A stretch of 64,000 bases of DNA from Felis catus (GCF_018350175.1 NC_058377.1:102982001-103046000); one strand, 5' to 3'; shown: positions 1 through 12,960, counted from the stretch's first letter. Notes: generated from the letters alone by a model not told the origin. Numbers and translations are program-made.

Positions 1-35
1 GAGCAGGTCACTTCACCGACTGAGCCACCCAGGCA
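1..35 (-). mobile_element. Can-SINE 5' end (cut by window edge)
   Basis: ACTGAGCCACCCAGG, reverse complement of the SINEC head CCTGGGTGGCTCAGT. Confidence 0.8.
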
Positions 36-411
36 ACTCTGTCATACTCTAAACACAAAACAAGAATAAGGCATTTTAGGTGAGATATCCTTATGAACAT
101 TTTCCAAGCAATCAGCTAATACCATTGTTTCTCAAGAGGAAGCTTCAAAGATAATAACATTGCTTCAGAATAAATGTAGACTTTTAATCCGTGGCTAAGT
201 GAATAATAGCCTACAGAAATCTTGTCAATTTTCAGTTTTAAAGGTTCAGAGAACTTTAAAAACATCAAAGTGAACTGTAGCAAACAAGCATGTTAGGGAC
301 AGAAGAAATGAAAATCCAAACTTTGGAGAAATAAATGTAAATCTGGCATTTGTGGTAAGGGTTTCACTGTTGTCCTATGCTCAGGGACCTGTTTCAAGTC
401 CCCCTGAAACT

Positions 412-1371
412 TCAGAGAGCTTCACCTGTTCCTTTGCTACTGATGGCCTTTTTCAGGGCACCTTTGACATCCTTGTTCCTAAGGGTGTAAATCAGCGGGT
501 TGAGTAGGGGGGTGATGAAGGTGTAGACTAGGGCAAACTGGCGGTCCTCATCCACCGACGAGCCCGATTGGGGACGCAAGTAGACCAAGGCACAGAAGCC
601 ATACTGCAGCAGGACCACGGTGAGGTGCGACGAGCAGGTGGAGAAGGCCCGGCGGCGGCCCTCGGCGGAGCGGATGCGCAGGATGGCGGAGGCGATGAAC
701 ACGTAGGACACACAGATAAGCAGGAAGGGGACGGTCAGCACCAGGATGCCCACCACGTAGAGCACGGCCTGGTGCACGCGGATGTCGGCGCAGGCCAGCC
801 GCAGGACGGGAGGCACGTCGCACAGGAAGTGGTTGATTTCCCGGCGGTGCCCGCAGAAGGGCAAGGTGAAGATCAAGCAGGCGAGCTGCAGGGAGAGGAG
901 GAGGGCCAGGCCCAGGGCGCACAGCACCATCCGGACGCACAGCTTCTGGGTCATGATGAGGGTGTAGCGCAGCGGGTGGCAGATGGCCACGTAGCGATCG
1001 TATGCCATGATTGCCAAGAGGAAGCAGTCAGCGCTGCCAAGGGCGACGAAAAAGAACATTTGGGCCCCACAGCCAGCCAGCGGAATGGGTTTCCGGGCGC
1101 CCCAAAGGTTGGCAAGCATCAGAGGCACCACAACAGAGGTGTAGCAGATTTCTACGAAAGACAGGTTGCACAGGAAGAAGTACATGGGGGTGTGCAGCGA
1201 GCTGTGTGTGCGCACCGCCCAGACGATGGCCGCGTTGCCACAAAGGATCATCAAGTAGAGCAGGAGGAAGAGGAGGAAGAGGAGGGCCTGCAATTCGGGG
1301 ACGGTGGTGAACGCGCGGAACACGAACTCGGTGGGGCCGGACTGGTTGAGGACGGGGCTCCTGGCAAACAT
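412..1371 (-). CDS. Olfactory receptor, family 10 subfamily Q (OR10Q1/OR10Q2-like), intact 319 aa
   Basis: Single-exon ORF with OR motifs NQS glycosylation site, [57 protein letters not shown]; TEFVFRAFTT and LACADIRVHQAVLYVV match OR10Q1 as I recall it; exact ortholog unresolved. Confidence 0.95.
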   Translation of the reverse strand: MFARSPVLNQSGPTEFVFRAFTTVPELQALLFLLFLLLYLMILCGNAAIVWAVRTHSSLHTPMYFFLCNLSFVEICYTSVVVPLMLANLWGARKPIPLAGCGAQMFFFVALGSADCFLLAIMAYDRYVAICHPLRYTLIMTQKLCVRMVLCALGLALLLSLQLACLIFTLPFCGHRREINHFLCDVPPVLRLACADIRVHQAVLYVVGILVLTVPFLLICVSYVFIASAILRIRSAEGRRRAFSTCSSHLTVVLLQYGFCALVYLRPQSGSSVDEDRQFALVYTFITPLLNPLIYTLRNKDVKGALKKAISSKGTGEAL

Positions 1372-1400
1372 GTCCCCTGCAAGAGAGCGACAGAAAGGGC
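1372..1400 (-). other. Splice acceptor of the OR10Q coding exon
   Basis: Minus strand reads ccctttctgtcgctctcttgcAG|gggacATG; AG at 1378-1377, 5 nt before the ATG. Confidence 0.75.
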
Positions 1401-1636
1401 CGGATCTTCCTTCGCTGAGTTGTCTTATTGTCCGAGTTAGAATAAAGGCACGTTTCGTGCAGAAAAAAATAACTCAATTCCTCAAATCATCTAGTTTGTT
1501 AAAAAAAAACCAAACGAAAGCGAAGTGTTGGGTGTTGTGTGATATAAATATCGTGAGAAGTAAAACAGTAAAACCCTGCTGTGTCTAAATAATTATTCCA
1601 AGTGTTGTTTTATAAAGAACAGAAGTTTCCAATATA

Positions 1637-1697
1637 TATTTTTTTAATATATGAAATTTATTGTCAAATTGGTTTCCATACAACACCCAGTGCTCTT
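1637..1697 (-). mobile_element. Very short L1 3'-end insertion
   Basis: Matches the last ~60 nt of the full-length L1 in this window (GAGCACTGGGTGTTGTATGGAAACCAATTTGACAATAAA); CCAATATA on both sides. Confidence 0.8.
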
Positions 1698-1945
1698 CAA
1701 TGACCAATATAATTCTTAAGAAGTTTATTATGAAAAATAATTTTTAAGAGTACTCCAGAGCTAAAACCTCTCAACTGATATGAAAAATATGAAAAATGGA
1801 AAGGAGAAAGGAGAGAGAGGGAAAACTGTTAATTTTCTCACACTGTGTAAAGAGTGACTTATATATAGACTTTATATGATTAAAGTATAAACTTTATTGA
1901 GATGTGGGTGGTTAGAGAAAAGTTTATTCTTTATACATTCTTTAA

Positions 1946-2170
1946 TATTTATTTATTTATTTATTTATTTATTCATAAAATGTTTTTTTTTTATTTTGAG
2001 AGAGGGAGGGGGAGGGAGGGGCAGGGAGAACGGGAGAGAGAGAAGCCCAAGCATGTTCTGTGCTGTCAGCACAGAGCCTGACGCAAGGCTCAATCTCATG
2101 AACCTTGAGACCATGACCTGAGTGGAAATCAAGAGTTGGGTGCTTAACTGACTGAGCCACCCAGGTGCCC
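1946..2170 (-). mobile_element. Can-SINE with adjacent (TTTA)n
   Basis: tRNA-derived head GGGCACCTGGGTGGCTCAGTCAGTTAAG, CT-rich tract, A-rich tail. Confidence 0.9.
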
Positions 2171-2437
2171 AATTCTTCAATATTTAATATTGATCACTTT
2201 AATATTAAACACAAAGAGAATGTATTTTTCCAAATATACATAATATAAACATATATGTCTTTTTCCAAAGTTAAAGAGAAAAATTAGAGAAGGAAGCTAT
2301 TATTCAAAAGAAAAAAAGAACAAAATGGATACAGAAATGGGGGTAAAAACGTGCAGTTACATGTTTTAAATATGCTTATGCAATTATATGTTAAAGATTT
2401 TAAGGAATACATACATTTTAAAATTGATTTTTTGCGC

Positions 2438-2640
2438 AGGTGTGTGGGTGGCTCAGTCAGTTGATCATCCAACTTTGGCTCAGGTCATGTTCTCGTGGTC
2501 TGGGGGTTCAAGTTCCCAGTCAGGTTCTGTGCTGACAGCTCAGAGCCTAGAGCCTGCTTTGAATTCTGTGTCTCCTTCTCTCTCTGCCCCTCCCTGTTCA
2601 TACACTCTCTCAAAAATAAAAATAAATAAATAATGTAAAA
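2438..2640 (+). mobile_element. Can-SINE
   Basis: GGGTGGCTCAGTCAGTTGA...GCTGACAGCTCAGAGCC, CT tract, AATAAA tail. Confidence 0.9.
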
Positions 2641-2739
2641 ATGATAATAAATTTAATTTTTTTCGTAATTGCCTTTTCAACGATCTGATCAATTTCTGGC
2701 TCTGATTGCATTGGATGAAAGGGCTTTTACTTTACAGAA

Positions 2740-3260
2740 AGCACAAAAGTTTTTCTCTGTACCAGCAATAAGTACTTAGAACACTCTAATCCCAATAGCC
2801 TCACAAATATAAAGTGTCAAACACTGTAATGTAATCATAAGACAAATTTAAGGCAGCTAGTAGAGCTTTTTTGTATGGAAAAACTCAACATTTTAGCAAT
2901 ATTATGTATCTTAAAAATAATGCATGTAGTTGGTATGAGTCTGATACAGATCCCAAGATAATTTGAGTTTGTATATGTGCACACTTTTGTGTGCGTGTGC
3001 ATGTATTTCATAATGTGATTTTAAAGTTTATTTGGAAGAACAGCCAAGTGAGAATGGATGTTCAAAAAAGAGTGAGGGTGAGGCTTGCATTAACTATTAA
3101 ATTGTAGCATTAAATAACAACATGTTGTATATCAAAATTAAATCAATTAAAAATACATGCAGGAATAGAGAGCTCAGTAAGACAGAAAATACTCATAAAT
3201 ATGTGAGTCTCCAATTCATGATAAAGGTATGGCAGCATAGCAGATTGGCTAAGTGCATGT
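2740..3260 (+). mobile_element. Old decayed L1M ORF2 fragment
   Basis: A-rich degenerate L1 ORF2-like sequence (e.g. GTGATTTTAAAGTTTATTTGGAAGAAC). Confidence 0.45.
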
Positions 3261-4174
3261 TTTCTGCCATCAGACTCCTTGGGTTCAAAGGAATCATGGG
3301 CACTTTACATAAAATCCATATACTTCAATTTTTAAAATCCATAACATGGGAATGACAATAAAGACACTTGGACAATATAATGAAAATAAATTAAAAGCAC
3401 TTAATATGGCATCTGTCCCTATAAACATTCACTAAATGTTAACTCAAACTATTTTTCAAATAACTACAGTATGGAATAATGGACCAATATTCATTTTGAT
3501 ATGAATTTTTAAAAATTATCATATGCTGACATTTATTTTTGGATGGCCAGAAAGCATATTCTTAAAAAGCAGAATCAAAAAGGAAATCATAAAGAAATCA
3601 TACCGGTAAGGACAAAACTAAGATCCTGAGCCAGCAAGATCTAGTTATGAGAAGCTAGAGTCTCCCCTACACTCTTTGGTTCTTGGATTTCATTCTTTTA
3701 ATCTGTTATCAATTACTTGGTAACTTTGACAAGACGTCCCAAAGACCCACACAGAAAAGACAGATTTGTTGGAACAACTCCATTGGAGAGTCGAATACAA
3801 ATATTCAATCTCTGAATCCATACATGTAGAGAGGGAGGCAGTCTCCTACAAAGTATGATTAGAGAAGCCTGAGAAAAAGCCCTGCTACTCCATACTGTCC
3901 CCACCATATTGTCCCCTGACCACTGTGAAGGAAATTCTTGAGTTAATTATTCCTGTGTGAAAACCCACAGGCTCTAAGGTCCTTTTGCCTGCATTTGAAT
4001 CCAGGTTCTGCCACACACCAGCTCTCTGGCCTTGAAAATTTACTTACTCAATAAATAAACCTACAAAGCTCAGTTTCCTTAGCTGACAATCTGCAGTGTC
4101 CATGTGCATGTTAGTAAAAATATACATACAGTGCCTTGTGCGTTGCCCAGCTCTTCCCACTCCCAAACATTTCC

Positions 4175-4680
4175 TATTGTAAGATCTATATAACACAATA
4201 TTTACCATTTTAATCGCTTTTAAGCGTACAGTTCAATGGTGTTAAGTATATTCAGATTTTTGTGCAACTATCAATGCCATTATCGACAGAAATCTTTTCA
4301 TCTTGCAAGAGTGAAACTCTATACCATTAAATAACTCCCCATCTCTCTTCCTTCCAGCCCCTGGCAACTGCAATTCTACTCTCTGTGACTATGATTTTTT
4401 CTTAATGTTTATTTATTTTTGAGAGAGAGGGAGAAAGCTCACGAGCAGGGGGTGGGGCAGAGAGAGTGGGGGACGGAGAATCCTAAGCAGGCTCTGTGCT
4501 GACAGCAGAGAGCCTGATGCAGGGCTCAAACTCAGGAACCATGAGATCAGGACCTGAGCCAAATCGGACCCTTAACTACTGAACCACCCCCTCTGTGTCT
4601 GTGACTTTGACTACTCTGGTTTCCTCATATAAGTGGGACCCTACAGGATGTCTCTTTGTGACCGACTTATTTCACTTCGT
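4175..4680 (-). mobile_element. Old L1 (L1MB-like) 3' end interrupted by a Can-SINE (about 4396-4592, -)
   Basis: Typical L1M 3'UTR text (TTTAAGCGTACAGTTCAATGG, CCCCTGGCAACTGCAATTCTACTCTCTGT) resumes after the SINE. Confidence 0.75.
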
Positions 4681-5862
4681 GTGTCTAGCTTTTAAGAGGG
4701 GCCTATCTCTTCCCAGTGCTCACCCTCTCCAATCCCTTGACTACTCTCTTGTTTCTCTCCTGAAATGGCTGGAAGTCCATCAGCCTGGGTGACTTTTCCT
4801 TCCTTTCTTCCTAGCTAATTTCTACAGGTTTCTGCTCAGGAAGCAATTATCCAAGAAGAATTCCTGATTCTCCTTCTCTCTGCACCTCTGGGTAAGGTGC
4901 TGTTTGTATGAACTGCTGCAAAACTGTCTCAGTTCCAAGACTGCTGTGCCTGCATCAGACTAAGCACCGTCAAGCAAGCAAGAAAGCTAGCTAGCATTTA
5001 TTGAGCACCTGACGCCTACTGAAATCTTAGTCTCAGCTCTGGGGAAACCATTTTAAAAAATATGAAAAATGATGTGTATCTTTAATCATGTAAGGGAGAC
5101 CCGATGTTTAACAGAATTTGGGAAAAACTCTTCTAAGTGAGAGTTTCCTATGTAACCTTTCTAGAATATCAAAGCTATAAAAGACCTCTCCTCCTACATA
5201 GAAAGATGATGGATGGAAGGATAGATAGATAGATACATACATACATTTATAAACAAATAAATAGGTACATGGATACATATATACATAGTCAAGCACATTT
5301 GGGAAAAACTAAATAGTCTTTTTGTGACCTGCAGAGGAGATAAGCATTGAAAGGCTTTTAGAATCCTGATGTGCAGAAGTAACTATAAATTTAACTTTTC
5401 AACATTTATTTCTCTGGCATTTCACAAAAGCTCCTTTAGGAGCCTTGGCAGCATATTCAAACATAATAATAATGGCTCGTGTCACAATGTGAAGGCACTC
5501 TGGTAAACTCTCCACATGTATTAATTCAGACGCACCTCGCAACTACACCATGAGCTGGGTCATATTTTATGCGTATTTTACAGATCAAGAACTGAGAAAG
5601 ATTAAATAGTCTGAGATTCAACAGCTGGTCTGTGGTGGAGTTGTGATTTAAGCCCAAGCATTTTGGATCTGGAAAAGAAAGACCTAAGTTTGGGCCCTGG
5701 CTTCACCACTTCTGAGTTACGTGATTTTGGACAAACCACAATCTAAGTAAGCCTCATTGTCCTCATCTGGGGAGTGTGGAGAATTATGTCCAAACCACTA
5801 AGCTATTTGATTTATTTAACCCTTCTTACAATTACTTTGAAATTTCTCCCTGCACTCTAAAG

Positions 5863-6268
5863 TAGGGATTAGCAAACTTTTTCTATAAAGGACAAGATAG
5901 AAAATATTTTAGGCATTGTAGGCTACATGGGGTCCTTGTGTATTATGTATCNNNNNNNNNNNNNNNNNNNNNNNNNNNNNNNNNNNNNNNNNNNNNNNNN
6001 NNNNNNNNNNNNNNNNNNNNNNNNNNNNNNNNNNNNNNNNNNNNNNNNNNNNNNNNNNNNNNNNNNNNNNNNNNNNNNNNNNNNNNNNNNNNNNNNNNNN
6101 NNNNNNNNNNNNNNNNNNNNNNNNNNNNNNNNNNNNNNNNNNNNNNNNTTCCCAATCTCCTCTCTCTCTCTTTTTTATTTTCTCTTAAAGTACAAAACAT
6201 ACTCCTAGCTCAAGGGCTGCACAAAAAGAGGCTGAATTTGGTTTGTAGCCTAGTTTGCCTATCCTTGC
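5863..6268 (+). mobile_element. MER58-like hAT-Charlie element containing a 197-nt N run
   Basis: Ends TAGGGATTAGCAAACTTTTTCTATAAAGG and TAGTTTGCCTATCCTTG resemble MER58 terminal inverted repeats. Confidence 0.7.
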
Positions 6269-6354
6269 CCTGAAGTATTATATGCTGCAGGTTAAGATCA
6301 ATTAGGAAAAAAAAATAACCATTAGTTTTTAAAAAGTAAAGTCTCTTAAGATGT

Positions 6355-7140
6355 TTCCTTACCTCCTTGCAATTCACTTCATTCCGTCAGCCACCAAAGA
6401 ACATTCATAAAGGCAAATTTTTTTTTGTTTCTGCCTATAGATGATTAAGGCACTTCTTTCAGAATGCTTCCTGACCCTATGTATTCTGTTCTTTGAGAAT
6501 GAAATGAAATATGAATACATGGGATCCAGATGTGTATAATCCCCTGGAAATGAAAAGTAACCAGTAGGTGATGTCTCTGTAATATCTAGATGTGCATGGC
6601 AAAGAGTGTGCTGGTGTTCAGGAAGAGAGTCAGGTTTTAGAAAGCCATTTTTGGAATAGGGAAAGATAAAGAGGAACGTAAGGAAAGTGGGTATACTTTG
6701 GAATCATTCTAAGCCAGAGTTCATGGAAGGACCAGACTCCTTTTCTGCATTCTCCTCTTTACTCAGAGTCCGTTTTGCCTGATTTAGCCACATAATTCAG
6801 TGCTCTATAGGATGTCTTAAAATAATGGGTCCCAAAGAGGAGGAATTTCCCCAGTGGCCTTACTTAAACCAAATTAAACTAAAAAATATTGGGAGGAAAT
6901 TTCCTGCATTGATCAACTGTGACAAAGTTAACGGGCACCTTGGTAGTCACAGACAACTGTTGTCTGGGGACCTCAGGGTGGTGTCCTCATTCGAACCTAA
7001 ACCCAACCCATAGGAACATAAGGATGGGTATTCTGGCAAATTCAATCTATGGGAAACATTCGTGCCAGCTCAGGTTCCCCAAAGCAGTAGACTACATTAA
7101 AATTATCCTCACCCGGGCAACTGGGAATGTGAATTTTAGG
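6355..7140 (-). promoter_or_regulatory. Candidate OR10Q upstream exon and promoter
   Basis: Consensus donor AG|GTAAGG (GT at 6362-6361); several O/E-like sites upstream (GTCCCAAAGAG, TTCCCCAGTGG, TCTGGGGA, TCTATGGGA) in non-repetitive DNA. Confidence 0.35.
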
Positions 7141-7651
7141 CTGAGCTTTGCCACTTAAATGCTAAGACAACTCAGGCAAATTTTGAGGGTTTTTATGTTT
7201 GAATTTCCTCATCTATATGATGCATGGTTGAACTAGGTGATGTCTATGGTCCCCTCTCACCTCAAAAGTCTACAATTTCTACTTCTCTCTCAAGGAACAG
7301 AGAACATATGGGAGAACAGCAGCCCGCTATCGTTCGTAGCTTCCTCATTTCCCCTGTCAATCATAGCATATTTCTCTCTGCTGAGCTCTGCCCCATTCCC
7401 ACACATTTCCATGATAATAACTTATTTGGTCATTATATTTATAATGAGATATCATGTTTGTTCTTATGTTTATAATCTGATGCCTGAAGCAAATGGGTGG
7501 CTTGACTTAGCTATTGTGTATGTGAATGCCTTTGCCACGAGCAGGCGCGTTATTCTGGCCTTCACCCAACTAAGTTGCCAGACTACTTTCAGCCTATCGT
7601 GGTCAGGTTATAAGTCCAGTCATATCTTAGAGCAAAAGTATGTACTTTATT

Positions 7652-7860
7652 ATTTTTTTTAAGGTCTATTCATTTATTTTGAGAGACAGAGCGCTAGCAG
7701 GGGAGGTACAGAGAGAGAGCAAGAGCGAGCGAGCGAGAATCCCGAGCAGGATCCACATTGTCAGTGCAAGCCTGATGTGGGGCTCGATCTCATGAACAGT
7801 GAGATCCTGACCTGCGTCGAAATCACTGATGCTTAACTTACTGAGCCACCCAGGCACCCC
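7652..7860 (-). mobile_element. Can-SINE
   Basis: SINEC head and tail; TSD AAAAGTATGTA on both sides. Confidence 0.9.
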
Positions 7861-10485
7861 AAAAGTATGTATTTTAAAATACATGGTGTAGAATTTCTAT
7901 GTAGTTACAGTTGTGGAAGGAGATTTTTCTCATTACTTTCTCCTCAGATGTTAAATGAATGATTACAGATGAAATTTCATTCGGCCCGTAAGGAGGAACA
8001 TTGACTATCATGTAGCAAATAACCTTCAATGGGTTCCAAATGTCCTGACCTCAGATCGGTAAGGTTTATCCCAATCAACAAGCTAGAAGTGTTTGCCTGC
8101 ATAACGGTGCTGACATTCACACGCATGGTAGAATTTGCAGTTGGAATAAATTATTCTTGATGGATTCATCAACCCTTGTATGGAAGGGTTTTCACACAAT
8201 GCCAAGGAGCAACTCCTTTCCCGACAGGATGTGACTCAATTACTCCCTCACATCCACACATGCTCAGTGTCTTCTCTGTCTCACCCTCCCTCTCCTTTTC
8301 ACCCTCTAGCCCCATTCTCAGCAAATAGCACTCTCTCGGGGAAGCCGTCAAGAAAATACACACATGCTATCGCAAAGCACATCTGCCTCTCTCTCACTAG
8401 AACATTAGAAATGCTAGTTTTATGAAGTACTCACGGAAAACTTTGAGAACTAAAAAGATTTGCAGTGTGTACATGTGTTTTGGGTACACGTGTTGCAAGA
8501 ATAGCACTAATCTCCATATTCTTTGACATTTTAAAATTTATGTGTTAGTACTGATGATGAGAAGGACATTAAAGTCCTGCATTTTCAACATCTCCTGGAC
8601 GCTCCAAAGAGAGAAGAACCAGACCATTCTGCAGCTGGGGTCACAATATTAAACCTATCTTGACCGGTTGGTTAAACAGAGTTAGACAGAGAAATTGGTC
8701 TTTGTTGTGGTTTCCCAGTATGGTCCTTGGCCCCAGGGAGATGTCTTCAGGTGGATATAGGATATAAACACAGGTCTGGGTCAGAAAATTAAAAAACCTT
8801 CAGGAGTGGAGAAATAAGGTCAGATGGTTATGAAGTGGGGGGGGGGGCAGAGAGATGTGATATTCTCTATACTTTTGCTAAAGGTATAATAAAAATAATT
8901 TTAAAATTTGTTTCTTTACAGCATGCCAAACACCGTACTGAGTACATAAAATGTATTATCTCATTAAATCTTACCCCAACTCTCTGAAGTAGTTACTATT
9001 GTTATGCACCAGGCACTATTAACATAGTTTGAGTCCAGATTGTCTCCCATCAAAAACTTTTGATTTNNNNNNNNNNNNNNNNNNNNNNNNNNNNNNNNNN
9101 NNNNNNNNNNNNNNNNNNNNNNNNNNNNNNNNNNNNNNNNNNNNNNNNNNNNNNNNNNNNNNNNNNNNNNNNNNNNNNNNNNNNNNNNNNNNNNNNNNNN
9201 NNNNNNNNNNNNNNNNNNNNNNNNNNNNNNNNNNNNNNNNNNNNNNNNNNNNNNNNNNNNNNNNNNNNNNNNNNNNNNNNNNNNNNNNNNNNNNNNNNNN
9301 NNNNNNNNNNNNNNNNNNNNNNNNNNNNNNNNNNNNNNNNNNNNNNNNNNNNNNNNNNNNNNNNNNNNNNNNNNNNNNNNNNNNNNNNNNNNNNNNNNNN
9401 NNNNNNNNNNNNNNNNNNGATTTAAAAACACTCCTTCAGAATGGAGAGTTTGTGAAACCATTTTCTTATGGTTGTAAGGCCATTAGTGACTTCTTTTCTG
9501 GATGCTTGTCTTTTGAATCAGAATTCTTTAGAGAGAAAAAAATAGCAGTCTTGTTCTTGCAGTCTGGCTTTGCGAGGAGTGACAACTCAAGCTATGAGGC
9601 CCCCATGAGGAATATAAGCTTTCACTGTCATCTAGAGAGAGGACAAATCTAACACTATCACAGTGAGAGCCTTCAGTGGGTGCCAGTTCTTATCCCCTCT
9701 GCTTTTCTTTCTATCGATCCAGGGGGTAGAAAAAATTGGGCCATTGTTTTTTGCTGTTCCATATTTGCCAGTAGAAATTTTCTTACAAGGGTTGGAACCC
9801 TGTTATTTATTATTTCCTTATGTTAGGCTCAAATTAATCATTTTTAAAATCTTGAATTTCATGATCATCTGGAATGCCTCAAAAGCTCAAAGGGTGACCC
9901 GTGGACCCTCGGATATAAGCACTGAGTTTAGTTAGTGAAAATGGTTTGTACTTCCATGGCATGAGGGATGACCTGAGATATGACACTGTGGGGTGACCTG
10001 AGATATGTCCTCTATTTGGGCTCATAAAATGAGCAAATCTTGAATCCATTAGGGACCCAGCTTGGTACTGACTCATTTGCCCAATCTCCGTTCATTCACT
10101 CATGTATTTATTCACTCATGTAGCCATCCATTCACATATTTCTTCAGTCATTAATTTAATTTCTCATTGAATAAGCATCTAATGATTCCTAATAAAAACC
10201 AAGCCTGGTAGAGGAGAGAGGGCTGATGTATGAGTTAAGAGCAGTCATCAGGAGAATATAGTTCCCATTAGATGCCAGGTCCAGGGATATCTTTTAACTT
10301 GTAGAAAACTACATTTTGGCCTCATTGAACCGGAGTGGCTGAGGATATTATTTCATTCTTCTGTGGCTCACCTAAAAAAATTTCCCCTCACTGTTGATCT
10401 TGAAGTTTAGTGTCTTGTTAAAGTCAAAGTCACGGTTAATAGTTTGGGGAAGGGCTTGAGTTCACTCATGTGTTCCTCATGCTTA

Positions 10486-10832
10486 TGTCTTAGCTTGCTC
10501 AGGCTGCTGTAACAAAATATCATAGACTGGGTGGCTTATGCAGAACAAATTTATTTTTCACAGTTCTGGAGGCTGGAAGTTTCAGGTCAGTGCGCTGGCA
10601 GATTCCATGTCTGATGAGAGCCTGCTTCCTGGGTCACAGAGAGCTGTCTTGCTATTTCATCACATGGTTGAAGGGGCAAGAGACCTCTCTGGGATTTCTT
10701 TTTTAACAGCATTAATCACATGCATTAGATGACTAATCTGCCCCCTTTTGAAAGACCCATCTCTTACTACTATCACATGGGGTGCTAGCATTTAATATAT
10801 GAGATTTGGGAGCACACATTCAGTCTATAGCA
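10486..10832 (-). mobile_element. MaLR solo LTR (MLT1A-like)
   Basis: TGTCTTAG...GCTGCTGTAACAAAATATCATAGACTGGGTGGCTTA...CACAGTTCTGGAGGCTGGAAG...ACATTCAGTCTATAGCA. Confidence 0.85.
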
Positions 10833-12684
10833 GCTGCCATCCCCAGAAATAATCTGACAGAAACTTTTGATTGTATAAATTTATTACATGTTTCTATTAA
10901 AAGGTTACGGAAGCATATTTGGGAGATGAGTTGCTACATTATCCCATTGTTGTCCACCACGGGTGTTAGACGTGGTTAAATCACCGTCTAAACCTGCCTG
11001 CTGAATGTGCTGCACAGCTCTTGTGACTAATCCCCCACACCAGCCCTCCAGGACTTCAAAGGTCAGGGCATGAAGGCTTTCTGTGCACACATTCGCCCCT
11101 TACTGCCTTTTTCCTATTTCTTCCCAGTAAGACGATGGGACACTTGGGGTTTGATGAAGGTGCGCACATCGGATGTTAAGGTTCATGGTCTTCCACCTTC
11201 TTAAACGAAGATGTTCACTGGAGCACGCAGGATTCCCAGCGGCGTGTCTTTATACAACTGAATGTGTAGTACGAAGCTTCTGGAAAACAGGGATAACAGG
11301 GCTTCCCAGATAGCAAGGGTTTTACTGTAAGTAGCAGCAACGCATGGACGGAGCTCATGGGCTCTTGTCCTCTTTACGTATGTCTGATGACCTCAAAAAC
11401 CTATGTTGCTTAATACCCTCCTACTTAGAGCTTGGATGAGCAGTGGGGATTTGGGGTCTTCAGAATGTCCACATTAAAGGATATTTAAACAGTTTCAAGG
11501 AGATGCTAGCTCAATATTATTGTGACTCTTCATGTCCCTTTGAGTCCTAGTGATTTATTACAAAGATAATTGTATTATACTGAGAAGACTCGTGGTCCTT
11601 GATAAAAGAGAATGATTCTTCATCTTAGTATTCCTTATGCCCTCTACATGGTGTTATGGTGTTAAACGATTGTTAGTGGAACTAAACTGGAGAGAGTGTG
11701 CTTTGGAGTCCCACAGACTTGGGTTCAAAGTTCTCACTTTGCCACCATCTGCCTGTGTCTTAGCCTCCATTTCCTCCTCTCTACCTGGCTGATCACCTCA
11801 GAGGTAGTGTGGGATCTGAATGAGCTCACATATGCAAATAATGCGTAGACACTAGATGATAAATAAATATCATCTTTTTTGGGGGGGAGGGAGTCTCAAT
11901 CTCCTCTTTGTATCAGGCTCTGGGGAAGTGGTTGCATTTGACAATCTCCTGGTGCTCAGGTCTTATCCCTAGATGCATTAAATCCTACACTCTGGAGCTG
12001 GGATCCAGGCAGCAGTATTTAAAAAAATCTCCTCTAGATTAGTGTTATGTGCAGTCAAGGTTGAGAACTACTGTTCTAGGTTAGTGTTTCTGGGTTGCAT
12101 CCAATGGTTTTCAAACCTAAGTATGCTTCGGAATCACCAGAAGGACTGGCTAAGATGCAAATAGCTGGCTTATAGTCCTAGAGTTTCTGGTTCTGTCGGT
12201 CTGGGGTGGGGGTTTCTGTAATTGGCACCTTCTAAAAAGTGCTAGGTGAAGCTGATGCTGTTCGCCTTGTAATGATGCTTTTGAACCACTGGTCTCAGGA
12301 AACAGTTCTCAAAGTGCAACCTGCACACCAACCTCTTCTGAAATAAAGGGGAAGCTTGTTAAGAATGTAGGCAGACTTTCCTATCCAGACTCTCTTATAT
12401 GAGCTTTATTAGAACACAGGTAAGGAATAGGGATGGGTATATTTTCACCCTCTGAACTCTGTTTTTTTCTCTGAAATTCAGGAACTAAATAGATTAAACT
12501 CACATAGTATCCCTCATTATCTATACTCCCCACTGGCATTTGTGCTAAGTTCAGGATCCGGGTACATGTGGATAATGGTGGATGATTATACAGATTTCTG
12601 GGCTCTACCAGAAATATACTAAATTAGATTATCTGGAATTATCTCCTGGAATTCTGCATTTCAACATCTCTCAAGGTAACTCTT

Positions 12685-12774
12685 TTTTTTTTAAATGTTT
12701 TATTTATTTATTTTTGAGAGGGAAAGAGTGTGTGCGAGTGAGAGGGAGGGAGAACTCACAAGCAGGCGAGGGGC

Positions 12775-12811
<37 letters not shown>

Positions 12812-12945
12812 GACAGAATCCAAAACAGGTTACAGGCTCTTAGCTGTCAGCACAGAGCCTGATGTGGGGCTTGAACCCACAAACCATGAGATCGTGACCT
12901 GAGCTGAGGTGGGATGCTCAACCAACTGAGCCACCCAGGAGCCTC
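12685..12945 (-). mobile_element. Can-SINE A of the triple insertion
   Basis: SINEC body with (GA)n; flanked by CTCAAGGTAA(C/T)TCT. Confidence 0.9.
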
Positions 12946-12960
12946 TCTCAAGGTAATTCT

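Noticed and set aside
568-1440. 290-aa antisense ORF over the OR10Q gene
   Set aside because: Starts at TTG with no Met; it is the codon-aligned shadow of a high-GC3 gene lacking TTA/CTA/TCA codons.
2438-2520. tRNA-like A/B boxes
   Set aside because: These are tRNA-derived SINE heads, not tRNA genes.
1897-2633. Recurrent short ORFs with WVAQSV / SGSVLTAQSLEP peptides across the window
   Set aside because: Translations of Can-SINE sequence, not a gene family.
5927-9652. ORFs spanning N runs (also 25636-26205, 32571-32831, 59286-59603)
   Set aside because: Open only because N codons are not stops.
10900-11460. Unique moderately GC-rich stretch between OR10Q and OR5B gene 1 as a possible OR10W-like relic
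   Set aside because: I could not find OR motifs in any frame by eye; a tBLASTn search would be needed.
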